Assembly (NCBI GenBank): GCA_024679065.1
Contig: JAGIQG010000010.1
Span: 75,888,001-75,952,000, forward strand
Direction of reading: 5' to 3'
Source of the DNA: Sphyrna mokarran
Lineage: Eukaryota
DNA length: 64,000 bases
The first letter of the stretch is position 1; every line of letters starts with the position of its first letter. The notes under the pieces are model-generated. The model ran no database searches, was not told the origin of the DNA, and saw only the letters and a program-made list of their open reading frames with translations. A program made the position numbers and the translations under genes. Positions 1-13,860 of the stretch are shown here, one piece after another.

Positions 1-2077
1 TGATTTGAAACAAACTGGACAAAGAATTTGAGTAGGTTTTTAATTATACTTTCAGATCAAAGCTATCTCATTTTTTATTCTGTAAAATATGTCAAGCTAG
101 AGACAAGGAAAGGAATTACCCCCATATATTTCCCATTGTATTAAAATACAATTTCTCACAATTCCATTCAGCAGAATGACAAAATATCCACCATCGATAC
201 ACAAAGGAGATTGTTTCTAACTTATTGCGAATCTTTCCTTAATTGTAACTGTGATCTAATAGAGAAGGAAATCTAGCAATTCCTGTTACAAACTGTCAAT
301 CTAATTCAAATTTACTGTGAGATAGCAAGCAAAATAAATTACCCCCAAAGATCTTTGGTTACATTTTCTCTAACTATCACAACTACTGCAACACTTTGCC
401 TATCATTAATAACACTTTTACTCTTGTAAACCAGCATATTATTCCGCTTAACATGAGCAATGCTACAGGGCATCTCATAGAAACAGATTAAATGCTTTTT
501 TCATATAGCTCACAATGCTTATGTTTCATCTTTCCGCTATTATGATTTCTGCATCACTATCTTTCCATCACTGTCTTGGCACTGACTCAGTCCTCATAGC
601 TGAACTTTCAAGCTAGGTGGTGCTGTTTAAATACTGTAATTCTGACTCCTCTGATTTTTCTGGAGAAGGTCAAGTGACATGAACCTTTCAGTCACAAGGC
701 TTGCCTCTCACTTTTATTCATTGACTCTTCTACTACAACTGCCTCCTCCTTTCTCCATGCAGCCTAATCTACACTCATTCCTTTATCTGCTGCATGCAAA
801 CATTGAATTGCAGATTGCTGACATTCCTCTGCTGTAGTCCTTTTGTCTGCCTGGTTCTTTTTCTTCTTGTCCATTCTCTGCTTATTTTGGACCTTGGGGT
901 CTGTTAACCTGTCCTTACCTGGTTTCTTCTGTTTCCCATTTCCAATGCTTTTTCTACCTATTCCTGCAATTGAACTTTCGTTCTTCAAGTCACATTCTCT
1001 TGCCTCAAGCCCCTCCTTTCCAACCTATTATTCTCCATTGGACTTTGGACAAATGTGGCCCTCATCATCCTACTTAAACATGTCTACATTGTTGGGTTTT
1101 TGTTGCTGGAAACTCCAGCATCTCCCACATTCTCCTGTAAATCTCCAGCATCTCCTACATCAACCATTCCCTCTAAACATTCCTCTAGCATTCCCCATAG
1201 TCCTGCTTGGATACTGCCTCTGGTACTACCCCTGGTTACTGCCCAGACATGACGCCTTCCTCCACTGGCCCACCACCCTCACTCCCTTGGGAGCTGTACT
1301 TACTTGTGCATCCCTGATGGGTTCTGTTTGCCAATTCTCTATTTAAAAACCTGTTATTAACCTCACCAAGGTGGCATCATGCTGCCGGGAAGGGGGGCGG
1401 TGGTGCTGGAGACTTCCCTACATAGAGGAATGTTACAGTGGGTTTCGCTAATTATAATTAAATGCATTCAAATGGGATTCCATCAGTGCATAGTGGGGAC
1501 TCTATTACATTTCTGACAGAGTCAGGGAAAATTGAGTGGGGAAATCCTATTGGTGTAAGAGCTGTTTTGGGACTCCCCTCAATTCTCCACCATTCTTGCC
1601 TACTGAAAACAGAGGTGAACCCCCATTCCCCATTTTATCAACTATTTAAAGTGAAATTTTTATTTGAAGTATCATTTGCCTATCAACTCATATTCAATTG
1701 TCTTGGATCTGATTGGTGTTGAAGTAAAAGCTACAAAAAGTGGTATCTTATTGGTACTAGCTTCATTAAATTTGCTTATTTTAATTTATGGTTCCCCCGG
1801 GGGAATTGTAACAGTTATGAAGAAAGAAGTTGAAAGTCCTGGATACTTAGAGTCTAACTTGCTGGGGCAGATATATAGGCGGGCCAGTAACATATTCAAT
1901 TTTATTCTGATCATTTTTCTGCATAATGATTTGGGTATTCAATTATACTTGTGAACAACATGTTTGATACCTTTGAAAGTTACAGAAGAATTGCTATGGC
2001 AACCACATAACACTATAACCTCTCCTTATTTTTACCTTTTCTCTAACATCACTTAGAAGAAAGAAGAAAGATGTTTG

Positions 2078-2103
2078 CTCTCTCTCTCTCTCTCTCTCTC
2101 TCT
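2078..2103. repeat. (CT)n microsatellite
   Basis: Perfect CT dinucleotide run. Confidence 0.95.
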
Positions 2104-3036
2104 ATCCAATCTGATATATACTCACCCTTACTGGCATATACTCTATCTCTCTCATATGTTGAAATAAATCCACACACTGGGTGAAGCTGGCACGAGGAAA
2201 GGGTTGAAAGAGGACTTACTTTGTTGGCTGCCTCAATGCCTCACTCCACAATGTTGATGCCTCCACTCACATTGTATCTCTGTGACTGGTCAGTAAATTT
2301 GGTTGAATTGGCAGTTTCCCACCTGTGTTCTTTCCCTGTGGTTAGAAACAGTTTTGTCTTTTAAAAAACAGACAGAGCTCTCATAATTTTTGCATTTGGA
2401 AATAAGATGAGATGGATCCCAATGCCCAGTCCACACTGTACCCTGTGTGAATAAATGAGTTTATCATATGAAAATATTTGGAGACTGGCTTTTGAACTTG
2501 CAGCAGTTACATGTGATATTAAAAGCCAGTCAGAAAATTAATGCATATGTATTACAGATATGGTACTTAAAACATGTAAGATGTGAGTGGTTGTGCCACA
2601 TTTGTCTACATAACATCAGTGATAACACTTCAAAAATGATGAATTAAATATGAAGAGTTCTGCAATACATTTGTTATAAAAATGCAACTTCCTTCATTTT
2701 GGTAAGAATACATATTTTATATATTGAGAATGAGAAGAGTGATCTGTATAATGGTTAACATTTCAAAGGAATACTTACACTACATATAGTGTGGAAAATG
2801 ATTGAGTGTTTGAGTACAGTCATTGATAATTAATTGGTACAAACATGTACAGTGATGTCAAGAAATAAATGTGCTGGAAAACAAAAGCAACTGGGGCATT
2901 CTATAAATCCCAGGACAGATAAATATCCATTTCTATCCAGTCTATCAAGTCTGCACTGAAAGGACATCCCATCCAGGCCCTCCCTCAAACTATCCTCATA
3001 ATCTCAGACACATTTACCTTACTTAATCCACCTATC

Positions 3037-4090
3037 TTTGATTTGATTTATTATTGTCACATGTATTGGGACACAGTGAAAAGTATTGTTTCTTGCTTGC
3101 TATACAAACAAAACTTTTCATTCATAGGGTACATAGGGGATAAGAAAAAGGAGAAAGTGCAGAAGATAGTGTTACAATCATAGCTAGGGTGTAGAAACAG
3201 ATCAGCTTAATATAAGGTAAGTCCATTCAAAAGTTTGACAGCAGGGAGGAGGCTGTTCTTGTGTTGGTTGGTAGGTGATCTCAGATTTTTATATCTTTTT
3301 CCCTATTGATGAAGGTAGAAGGGAATATGTCTGGTGTTTATGAGGTCCTTGATTATGCTGGCTGCTCCTCCGAGGTAATGGAAAGTGTAGACAGAATCAA
3401 TGGATGGGAGGCTGGTTTGGGTGATGGACTGTGCTACATTCACAATCCTTCATAGTTTCTTGAGGTCTTTGTCAGAGCAGAAGCCATACCATGCCATGGT
3501 AACCCTTAAAGGATGCCTTTGATGGTATATCTAGAAATTGGTGAGATCATATCAGACATGTCGAATTTCCTTGGCCTCTTGAAAAAATAGAGACGTTGGT
3601 AGGCTTTCTTAACTATGGTGTCAGCATGGAAGGACAGGACAAATTGTTAGTGATCTGGACCCCAGAAGCTTGAAGCTCGTAACTGTCTCCACTTCATCCT
3701 CAATGATTTGGACAGGCGTATGTCCTCCACTACAATTCGTGAAGTCAATGAATATCTCCTTCATTTTACTGAGAAAGAGATTATTGTCATCAGACCATTT
3801 CACCAGATTCTTTATCGCTTTCCTATGTTCCATCTCATAACTGTTTGACATCTGATCCAGTTGTATCATCAGCAAACTTGAAAACTGAGTTGGAGTGGAA
3901 TTTGGCCACACAATCATCAGTGTATAAGGAGTATAGTGATGGACTTAGGATACAGCCTTGAAGGTCACTAGTGTTGAGGAGGTATTGTTGTCTATCCTTA
4001 CCGATTGCAGTCTATGGGTTAAAAGTCTAAAGATCCAGTTGCAGAGGGAGTTGCTGAGCTCTAGGCCACAGAGTTTGGAGATGAGTTTTG
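3037..4090 (-). mobile_element. Rex1/Babar-like LINE 3' fragment
   Basis: (AATCA)n tail at about 3037-3050. Minus-strand RT C-terminal fragments include VKWSDDNNLFL..KMKEIFIDF and VETVTSFKLLG. Confidence 0.7.
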
Positions 4091-4099
4091 CTGTAATTT

Positions 4100-4308
4100 A
4101 TGCATCTTTAGACTCTAAAGGACAATTTAGCATGTCAATCCACCTAACCCACACATGTTTGGACTGTGGGAGGAAACTGGAGCACCTGGAGGAAGTCCAT
4201 GTGGACATGAAGAGAACATGCAAACTCCACCCAGATAGTCACCCAAAGTTGGAATTGAACCTGGGTAAGTGGAGCTGCAAGGTAGTAGTGCTATCTACTA
4301 TGCCACCA
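4100..4308 (-). mobile_element. HE1-like tRNA-derived SINE
   Basis: Conserved body gggaggaaactggagcacc..tgcaaactccac is shared with other copies in the window. Confidence 0.8.
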
Positions 4309-4867
4309 TGAAAACTTCTGACATTTTGCATGAAAACACACTAGTCCATATAAAGTTGTGCCTGGAAGACATGGCTTGAAAAAATTGTTGATCCTGTAGC
4401 TAGCATTGGATACATGTTTTCACATTTGGCATGCAGTCACAAAATATCATTGTCCATGAAAATACTCAGAGCAATCACTGTTCTTAGTAAATTTATATTT
4501 GATAAATTTACCTTTCAACTCATGGAGACAAAAGAGATTATAAGTTATCTTATTAGAGCTACGGCAACAAATGTATACAATCATTTGCCTGACTTTCACA
4601 TGGTAAGTCAGAAAATGTAGGGTTGCTTATTAGGCTGCATCACTAATGGAAAGTAAAAGCAGCCTGTACAAATATCCAAATGACATCACTACCAAATCAT
4701 GTGATCAACTCTTAAAGCAAACTGCAAGCCTTTTAAATATTTGAACATACCACTTTATTTTCTAATATAAATGTGAGATAAGCATATGAAAGTAACTCCT
4801 AAGATCGCCCTATCATTTATTTCTCCTACCTTTGTGCTTCTGTTTCTCTCTCTTTCCTATTCAGATT

Positions 4868-5910
4868 TGGGCCACAATTCTCCCAAAAATGCTAAATTGG
4901 TGAAAAAAGTGTTCTATATCATGGCTGGTTTATCAGCTCAACTTCTCACCCAAATCTCCACACTCTGCGCACTGCAGTGATCCCAATCATGAATCTCATT
5001 AAAAACCCAGGGGTGGCCGGGCCTATTTGCTCTGGAATCTGACAGTCCTGGAACTTTGCACATGCACAATGGCCCCGATCTGTCAGACCCCCATTTACTG
5101 GCCAGCCCAATCACTGGCCAGCCCAAGACATGCAGGTGCTGCCCCCTCCATGGCCTGATTGCACAGCAACAATTCAGCCAGCTCTGAGCCCACCCCCACC
5201 TTGGAGTGCCCCAATTTCCAGTCCACTACCCCCCAGCAGTGGTGATTCCTCCCACATCCCTCGTCTAGGCAGACCCCCCAACTAGGGAGGCAGGCCCTCT
5301 TGCAGCACCCCACCCGCCCCCAGCCTGCCCCAATCGTTGCCCTCCTTCCATCCCAGACCAATTGCCATGCAAAGTAGCAGAGGGACCCCCATCCCCACTA
5401 ATCACTCTCCAGGCCTCACTCACAATAGGCCTCACCCCCTTGGCACTGCTCGATGCCCTATGGGCAGTGCCAAGGTGCCCGCAAGGCATGGACACTTTGC
5501 CCCTAGGGAGCACAGGCTGGGTGTTAGAGTGCCCATGCCCAATGGGCATCATCCCTCATCGCCCATCCCTCTGACAGACAATGATTGTGCCCCTTAATTC
5601 TAACAGGGTCTTTGCTAGTTTCCCGAATGTAGGGACCGACTCTAAACACCACCAGGATGAAGTACTCCTGGCAGTGTGGGAGATTCAAAAGGGACTGGTA
5701 AAATTCCCAATAATTACATTCTGAAGACCTTTAAAACATATTAAAGGCAGATTCGAATTACTTACCTGCCTTTCTGCCAGTTTCCACCGTGGTCTGGCCT
5801 GTGACTGTTCACCAGCTCTGGGAAACGCACCTGCATTCCTGGCGCCTGCACAAATCCCAGAACAAGGCCAGCAACACGTATCTCCCACCCTGATCCACCA
5901 GAAAAATTCA
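4868..5910. mobile_element. GC-rich non-autonomous DNA-transposon-like repeat
   Basis: GC-rich island with an internal palindrome; related in inverted orientation to 35385-36400. Confidence 0.45.
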
Positions 5911-6099
5911 GGTTGGGGTAGGAGAACCGCTGCCTTGGTTTCTCTTTCTTCTTTTCTGCTAATGTCCAATGTATTTGGCAGACTGGCTCACAAAACAGAA
6001 TGGTTGCAGGAACCCATAGAATTTGCCCTTTCAGCAAAAAAAGCATGTACATTTTATTGGATAAAGGATGCAATAATTATCAACAGACTGGGAGATTCT

Positions 6100-6720
6100 T
6101 CATGTAGAACCAGCATGAATCAGGCAAGCAGGATTGGATGACTATTATGCCCTAAGTGTATCATTCAGGGGGGAAATTTCAGAAAGGCACTCTAATGAAG
6201 GCAGGTGGATAAGATTGTCAGGAAGAGACATATGGATATCATGTGGAATATTTGTTTTTATTAACCAATGCATAAATTATAAGAGCATGGAGATTATGCT
6301 GGAACTGTACAATCAATAATTAATAGTTAATCACAGCTGTAGCATTGCACAGTACTTCTGCTCACCACATTATAGGAAAGATGTGATTGCACTAGGAAGA
6401 GTGCTGAAGAGATTTGTAAGGATGTTGCTTGAACTGGAAAATTTTTGTTATGAAAGGTTAGATAAGCTAGGAACAGAAAAAACCCTATTCTCCTCAATTA
6501 AGCAGTAAAAAACCAGGAGACGTAGACTTAGGGGATGAGGTAAAGAATAGTTTGAAGCAGAAATTCTTTTACCCAAAGGGTAACAAAGATTTTGAAACTT
6601 GCTGACTAATTGAATGATGGAGGCCAGAACCCTCACATCATTTAAAAAGTACTTGGGTATGCTCTCCAAATGTCTTAACCTAAGAAGCTATGGACCAATA
6701 ATTGAAAATGGGTCAGACTG
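6100..6720 (+). mobile_element. CR1 LINE 3' fragment (degenerate)
   Basis: tataggaaagatgtgattgcactag..ggatgttgc motif is typical of the CR1 RT C-terminus and similar to 47065-47595. Confidence 0.7.
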
Positions 6721-6769
6721 GATAGTTACTTGTCTGCTATGCTGCATGTCCCTGCAAGATGGCTTGGAG

Positions 6770-8900
6770 ATCTGAAGGGCATCAGGAAGGTGATTCTTTC
6801 TAATTATAGAACAACTAGTTCCATTAACTGAAGGGGGATTTCCATTGACTAGAGAATATCAAAAACATCTTTCTGATAATGAAAAGTATCCTGGCGTCAA
6901 AACATGTACTGGTTCTTACATATCAGTTGCTGTATTTTGACCTAGCTACTGAAATATCAGATATAGGTGTAGCAACAGTATTAGTTCAGCAATTGTAACG
7001 TGAAGAGAGTACAGCTGATGGAATTTGCAAGCAGGACATTAATGAAATCTGTGTTGGAACATCCGACAACTGAAAATGTGCGTCTGAGGAACTCTTAATG
7101 AAACTTAGGGTGGGATTTTGCAACCTCGTTTGCCCTGAAACTAAAAAATCCTACCCAATGTCAATGGATCTTTCCATGTTCTGCCCCTTGCCCACTCTGA
7201 TTCCTGTGGCAGGTGAAATGGTAAAATTTGCTTCGTAATTATAGATCACTGTACCTTCCAAACCTGTCTGTCTTCTTAGAGCAATGGTTTCAGCACCTTT
7301 ATTGCTTCATTCACAAGGGAGGATAACATTGTATTGAATGCATTTTCTAGAAATTATATGAGGAACAAGAAAGAGTTTTCTCAGAGCAATTAGTTTATCT
7401 GAAAACATAGATCTGGTAGCAATTTATCCCCAATCAAGACCTACCATTTTCAATCTAAAGTAAGAAATTGTTGAAGAAACTGCGTGAAAGGGATGCAGCA
7501 ATTGGGACAATTAAAAGAACATCAATTCTGATATCCTGGAACGACACTGAGCATTGGATCTGAAGATTGCCCAGAATCTATGGAGATAATTTTAAGTTGG
7601 GTGTTAGTGTAAAATGAATCGTGGTGACTTGGCAGCCTATTTTATGTCTTTCAGTTTTTATTCATTTTATACATTTCACAATTGACTTTAACGGAAACAA
7701 GAATCAGGAATAATTTAAAACAAGTTACTGCTTCATTATAATTCATTTTCCAGTGATAGCACAAAGTCAAATCACCCTGCTGCAAAAGTTAGAACTCATT
7801 TTTCTGGAAACTTTTGCATTACGAGCCTGTGAGAGACTTAGGGATCATAAATGTAATTGTAGAACCCCACTGGTTATCTTACTGATCCTGGAATGAAAAG
7901 AAGATATGATTAGTTATTTAAAATATGTGCTGGCAGATTATATGATTGGAGTGGTGATAGGGGCAAGGGAGGGAAATGTTTTGTCATGATGTTCTAACCA
8001 TCATAATATGAAGCTGCCTTGATGGAGCAAATAGTCTTTACCTGAACATCATTTTTCAATGCCTTGTATGCAAATTCCAAAACCATCACGACAGGATATA
8101 GAATCCACTGCTCCATGATTATACCTGAAGTTAGAAACCATTGCACCCTTTCTTTATTCCAAAAAGGGAATTTTTTTTCACTATTTGTTGACCTTTTCTT
8201 CAAATGGATGGAGATACGCTCTGCCAGTAAGTACGATAGCCAAGGAAGCTGCCGAAAAGTTGGAGCAAGAAAATTCCTTACCTACTCAGAATCAAAATTA
8301 CTAGGAAAACTTATGAGTTGCTAATCAAGTACCAGAACCAATGAACTACTGTATGCTTCCACACTGAGTAAATGAGGCATCTACAGTTGATCTAATCATT
8401 GTTGTTGACATGGATTTCTTTAATCTTTGTGTGCATGTTATAGGAATACGCTGTACGGAATTCAGAGGGATGCATTGCTATATGATTTCTCCAGGTTCAA
8501 TGGAATAAGCCACTTGTTATTCTATTGTCCTTCTAAAATATAATTATACATCAAGTTGCAAAGATGCAACTTAATCTGCTGATACGATATAAAGAGATTT
8601 AAAACTGCAAGGAGAATAGGATAAAATTAAAATAAGAATTTATGACAGGATTTGAAGACAGGAAGATTTATCATTGTTAATGGCAGTAGAATAACTGTAG
8701 AATGTCACTGATGGCACTCAACATACTTAAAGTTATACATTCTGAAAATTCAACCTTAGCTTGTGCTGAATAGTGCAGTAGTGTAGCTATTACAATTGTT
8801 TGAAGTAATTTTGCCCTTGCATTTCCTTCTTTTTTCGTTTGCACTGTAGTTGCATCTTTGGACTGTAGAGGGCCCAAGAACTGCAAGGTTGGCAGAGGTC
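6770..8900 (+). mobile_element. Highly decayed Ty3/Gypsy pol remnant
   Basis: Frameshifted RT-RNaseH-like peptide LATEISDIGVATVLVQ..FASRTL..PTTE (about 6940-7075) and integrase-like LFVDLFFKWMEI (about 8180-8215), in the correct order. Confidence 0.5.
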
Positions 8901-10289
8901 AATGTCATTTGTCTTTCCACAGTGAGAATTGCAATGGGGATTATTACTCTGTGTGTGTTCCAGCAGACCAGGAACTCCTCCTTGTACTTGGTCAGCTACT
9001 GTGCGGACAACTAGTCCAAGTTTGCCTTATCTTTCATGATACATCTGAGATTGAACTTGAAATTATTCAGCTCTCATTCCCTTTCCTTTTTAAGTTACTG
9101 ATTAAAACTGACTTGTAAATTTTATTCAACTGATCACCTCAATCATTCCAGATACTAAATGGCTATCACTGAATGTTACTTAGTCTACAAATTAACATAA
9201 GTTAGCTTAATGTTATGGAACTTTCAGCTATATGTATGTAAAATCATGATAAGTGATACTTATTTAGGTGAGATTATAATATGCTGTGTGTCCCGCTGTT
9301 ATCAACAATCTACCAGACAAATCATTAAAAAAAAGAAAATGTGCATTAATTACTCTGCTTGATGTTCAAAACTAATCAATTTGTTTGGGTAAACTCCAGT
9401 TCCTCCTTATTTTGCACTAAAATTGTTCAAGTCTTTCCATTATTACATGAATTGAGCATTATTACTGGAAGATCGTTTCAGCTAATTACCTACTTGTTAT
9501 TGAAAACCAGGTATATAACTGCACCATTATTCATAAGTGAAGGAGACCTTGCAACTATTAACTAATGAAGTCTAGAATATGTCCTTTGGAACAGAAATGA
9601 TGGAAGGCAAAATATTTTGCTATCCCAGAGATTTCAGTAAAGAATTGTGTTTTTGTGTCTTTTTTTTATGTCAAATTACTTGAGCGGTAAGTCTCACTAA
9701 TTATGGTAAGTGTTGAAATAGGTGGGATAAGTTAAACTGCCGCACAACAAATCACCTATATAAATTATATATATCTATTACAGGAAATCAGAAATAGCTA
9801 ACTATCATAAACTGGAGCTGCCACAAAGTTACTCTACAGTGTGTGTGCTGGAATCCTTGTGTAAAAGAGTGCGTTCAGTATGCTCAGTTACTGGGTGAAT
9901 TTAATGCAAATTAAGTAATCATTACAGGGATAATGTTTGAAGATGGTGAGCTTAGTAAGAGTATCGCATTGTTGGAGAGGGTATCTTTTGGAAGTGATGC
10001 TTAAAGCAAGGCTTTGCTCGTTCCATCAGTTGGTGATAAAAACTCCATGGTATTATTTGAAAAAGAGCAAGTTGTTCTTCAAATTTCTTCTCCAACACTT
10101 GCTCCTTGAACAATATGTGTCTCGCATCATTCAGCTTCTTGCTGTGACCATTTGGTGCACATGTTGGAGGTCACACTTGCCTACACTGTAACAGTAACTC
10201 CTGTTGAAAGAGTATTTCTTGGCTGCAAAGTACTTCAGGACTTCTTGAGATTGTGAAAGGTGTCATCATTATGTAAAATATGTTTTTAA

Positions 10290-13200
10290 AATTAATGTTA
10301 TGGGACACGAGCATTTTTGATTCAGCGTGTCTTTATTTTCCATTTCTGGATGCCCTTCAGAAGCTGATGGTGAACTGCCTTCTTGAACTGCTGCAGTCCC
10401 TAAGCTGAAGGTACACCCACAGTGCTGTTAGGGAGGGGATTACAGCATTTTGACCCAATGACAGTGAAGGATGGTGAGTGACTTGAAAGGGAACTTCTAG
10501 GGGTGTGTTCCCAAACATCTGCTACTCTAAATAAATAGTGGTCATGGTTTGTAAGGTGCTGCCTAAGGAACCTTGGTGAGTTCCTGCAGTGCATCTGGGC
10601 TGGAGGCATTGAATGTTTGTGGAAGAATAAGCAATCAAGAAGGCTGCTTTGTGCTAGATGGTATCAAACTTCTTGAGTGCAGTTGGAGCTGCACTCATCT
10701 AGGCGAATGGAGAGTGTCCCTTAACATCCTGACTTGTATCTTGTAGATAGTGGACAGGCTTTTTGGGATGGGGGTTGGGGGGTAGAGGTGGTCAAGAGGA
10801 GAATTACTCACTGTAAGATTCCTATCCTTTGATCTGCTCTGGTAGCCATAGTATTTATATGATTGTTCCATTTCACTTTCTGATCAATGGTAATCTTAAG
10901 GATGTTGATAATGATGGGTTCAGAGATGGTAATTGCCATTGAATGTCAAGTGGCGCTGCTTACATTCTCTCTTATTGAACTTGTGTGGCGTGAGTGTGAC
11001 TTGCCACTTATCAGCCCAAGCCTGAATGTTGTCCTGTCTTGCTGCATTACACATGGATTGCTTCAGTATCTGAAACAAGTTGTGAATAGTGCAGAGCACT
11101 GTGCAATTACCCACAAACATCCCCACTTCTGAACTTATGATGAAAGGGAGGTCATTGCTGAAGCAGCTGAATATGGTTGAGCCTAGGACACAACTCTGAG
11201 GAACTCCTTCAGTGATGTCCTGGAGCTGAGATGATTGACCTCCAATCACAACAACCATCTTTCTTTATGCTAGGTATGACTTCAACCTTTGGAGAGTTAT
11301 TCCCAAATTCCATTACTCCAGTTTTGCTAGGGCTCCTTGATACCATGGTCAGTCAAATGCAGAGGTAAGGTGAGAGAGCAATCACTTCACCTTACCTCTG
11401 GCATTCAGCTCTTTTGTCCATGTTTCAACTAAGACTGCAATGAGGCTAGGAACTGAATGATTCTGAAGGTACTCAAATTTAGTATCTGTGAGCAGGTTGT
11501 TGCTAAGTAAGCGCCGCTTGATCGCACTGCTGATGGCCCCTTCCATTGCTTTACTAATGATTGAGAGTAGACTGATGGGATGGTAAATGGCCATGTTGGA
11601 TTTGTTCTATTTCTTGTGTACAGAACATACCTGGGCAATATTCCACATTGTCAAGTACAGGAACAGATTGGTTAAGGGTGCAGTGAGCTTTGAAGCACAA
11701 GTCTTCAGGACTACTACTGGAATGTTGTCAGGGCCCAAAGCCTTTGCAGTATCTAATGCTTTCAGCCATTTGTTGATATCATGTGGGGTAAATGGAATTG
11801 GCTGAAGACTGAAGCCTGTGAAGCTGAGGGCCTCCTCTCGCAGAAGGACAAGATGCATCATACACTCAGTACTTCTGGCTGATGTTTGTTGCAAATACTT
11901 CAGTCTCATCTTTTGCACTGATGTGCTGGACTCCTTCTTTATTGAGGATGTGGGTATTTGTGGAGCCTGTTCCTCCAGTGAGTTGTTTAATTGTCCACCA
12001 CCATTCACAGCTGGGTGTGGCAGGACTGCAGAGATTATATCTAATCCATTAGGTGTGGAATTGTTTAGCTCTGCCTATTGCTTGCTGCTTACATTGCTGG
12101 GCACGCAAGTAGTCCTGTGTTGTAGCTTCACCAGGTTGACACCTCATTTTTAGGTGTGCCTGATTCTACTCCTGACATACTCTTCTGCACTCTTTGCTGA
12201 ACCAGGGTTGGTTCCTTGGCTTGGTGGTAATGGTAAGCGGGGGGATGTGCCATGCCATGAGGTTGCAGATTGTAATTGAATACAATGCTGCTGCTACTGG
12301 TCCGCAGCGCTTCATGGTTGCCCCAGTCTTGAGTTGCTAATTCTATTCAAAGTCTATTTCACTTAGCACAGTGGTACTGCCACGCATCACAATGGAGGAT
12401 ATCAAGGACAGGTCTTCATCACATGAGCTGTGTGGTGGACATTTCTACTAATACTGTCATGGACAGATGCATATGTGGCAGGCAGATTGGTGAGGATGAG
12501 GCCAAGCATGTTTTCACTTTTGTTGGTTCCCTCACCACCTGCCACAGTTCCAATCTAGTAATTATGTTCTTTGAGATCCAGCTGGTTTGGTGTCTGATAA
12601 CACTACCAAGCCACTCTTGGGGATGGACATTGATGTCCCCCACCAGAATAACTTTGCATCTTGGCCAACCTCACTGCGTCCTCCAAGTGGTGTTCAACAT
12701 GAAGGAGCACTGGTTCATCAGCTGAGGTGGAAGGTACATGGGAATCACCAAGAGATTTCCTTGTCCATGTTTGACCTACTGCCATGAGACTTCATGGGGT
12801 CCAGAGTTAATGTTGAGGACTCCCAGGGCAAAACCCTCCCAACTATATTTGATTTGATTTGATTTATTATTGTCACATGTATTAGTATACAGTGAAAAGT
12901 ATTGTTTTTTGCATGGTATACAGACAAAGCATACCATACATAGAGAAGGAAACGAGAGAGTGCATCTGCAAATATTAGTGAGAGTTGTAGCTGGCATGCC
13001 AAATTTCCTTAGTCTTCTGAGAAAGTAGAAGCATTGGTGAGCTTTTTGTTGATATGAGGGGACCAGGACACCTGATGATGATGTTGATGATGTGGACACC
13101 TAAAAACTTGAAGCTCTTGATCTTTTCTACTTTGTCCACATTGATGTAGACAGGGGCATCTTCTCCACTACACTCCTTGAAGTCGATGACAATCTCCTTT

Positions 13201-13860
13201 ATTTTGTTAATATTAAGGGAAAGATTATTGTCATTGCACTAGTTCACCAGATTCTCTACCTCATATATACCACTGTGCTGCCACCTCTGCTGGATTAGTC
13301 CTGCCGATGAGACAGGATATTGCCAGGGATGCTGATGTTGGTGTCTGAATAATTATCTGTCAGGTATGATTCCATGAGTATGGTTACGTTGAACTGTTGC
13401 TGGATTAGTCTGTGGGCCAGCACTTGAGGTGTTAGTAAAGAGGACTTTGCAGCATCAACAGGATTGGATTTGCCGACGTTGTTTCCAGTGCTTCGGTCAA
13501 AGCTGGTTACCCGTCCAGTTTCATTGTTTTGTGTTTTCTTCTTAGTGGTTGAATGCAACTGAATGCTTGTTGGCCATTTCAGATGGCATTTAAGAGTGAA
13601 CCACATTGCTGGTCTGAAGTCTCATGTAGACCAGACTAGGTATGAGGGCAGGTTTCCTTCCCTAAAGGACATTAGTGAATCAGATGGATTTTAACACGAT
13701 CAGCAATGGTTTTCCAATCATGATTAGAGTTTTAATTCTAGACATTTTATTGAGTTTAAATTCCACTATCTTTGTGTTGGGATTCAAACCTAGGTCCCCA
13801 GAGCATCACCCTGGGTCTCTAGGTTACTAATTCAGCAACAATACCACTGCACTACCACTT
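10290..13860 (-). mobile_element. Near full-length CR1/L2-group LINE with tRNA-like 5' head
   Basis: Minus-strand fragments in order: APE (ILMESYLTD..IPGNILSHRQD; MGDINVH), KALGPDNIP, YHPISLLSIISKAME, RT GVPQSCVLGSTIF, WADKWQVT. A/B-box-like motifs at 13844-13854 and 13779-13790. Confidence 0.85.
12848..13262 (-). mobile_element. Rex1/Babar-like LINE fragment nested in the 10290-13860 LINE
   Basis: (AATCA)n tail and KAHQCFYFLRRLRKFGM peptide; same family as 3037-4090; the host sequence resumes across it. Confidence 0.8.

Noticed and set aside
843-1346. 167-aa hydrophobic ORF
   Set aside because: TTG start, pyrimidine-rich low-complexity sequence with short tandem repeats, and no recognisable domain or splice structure.
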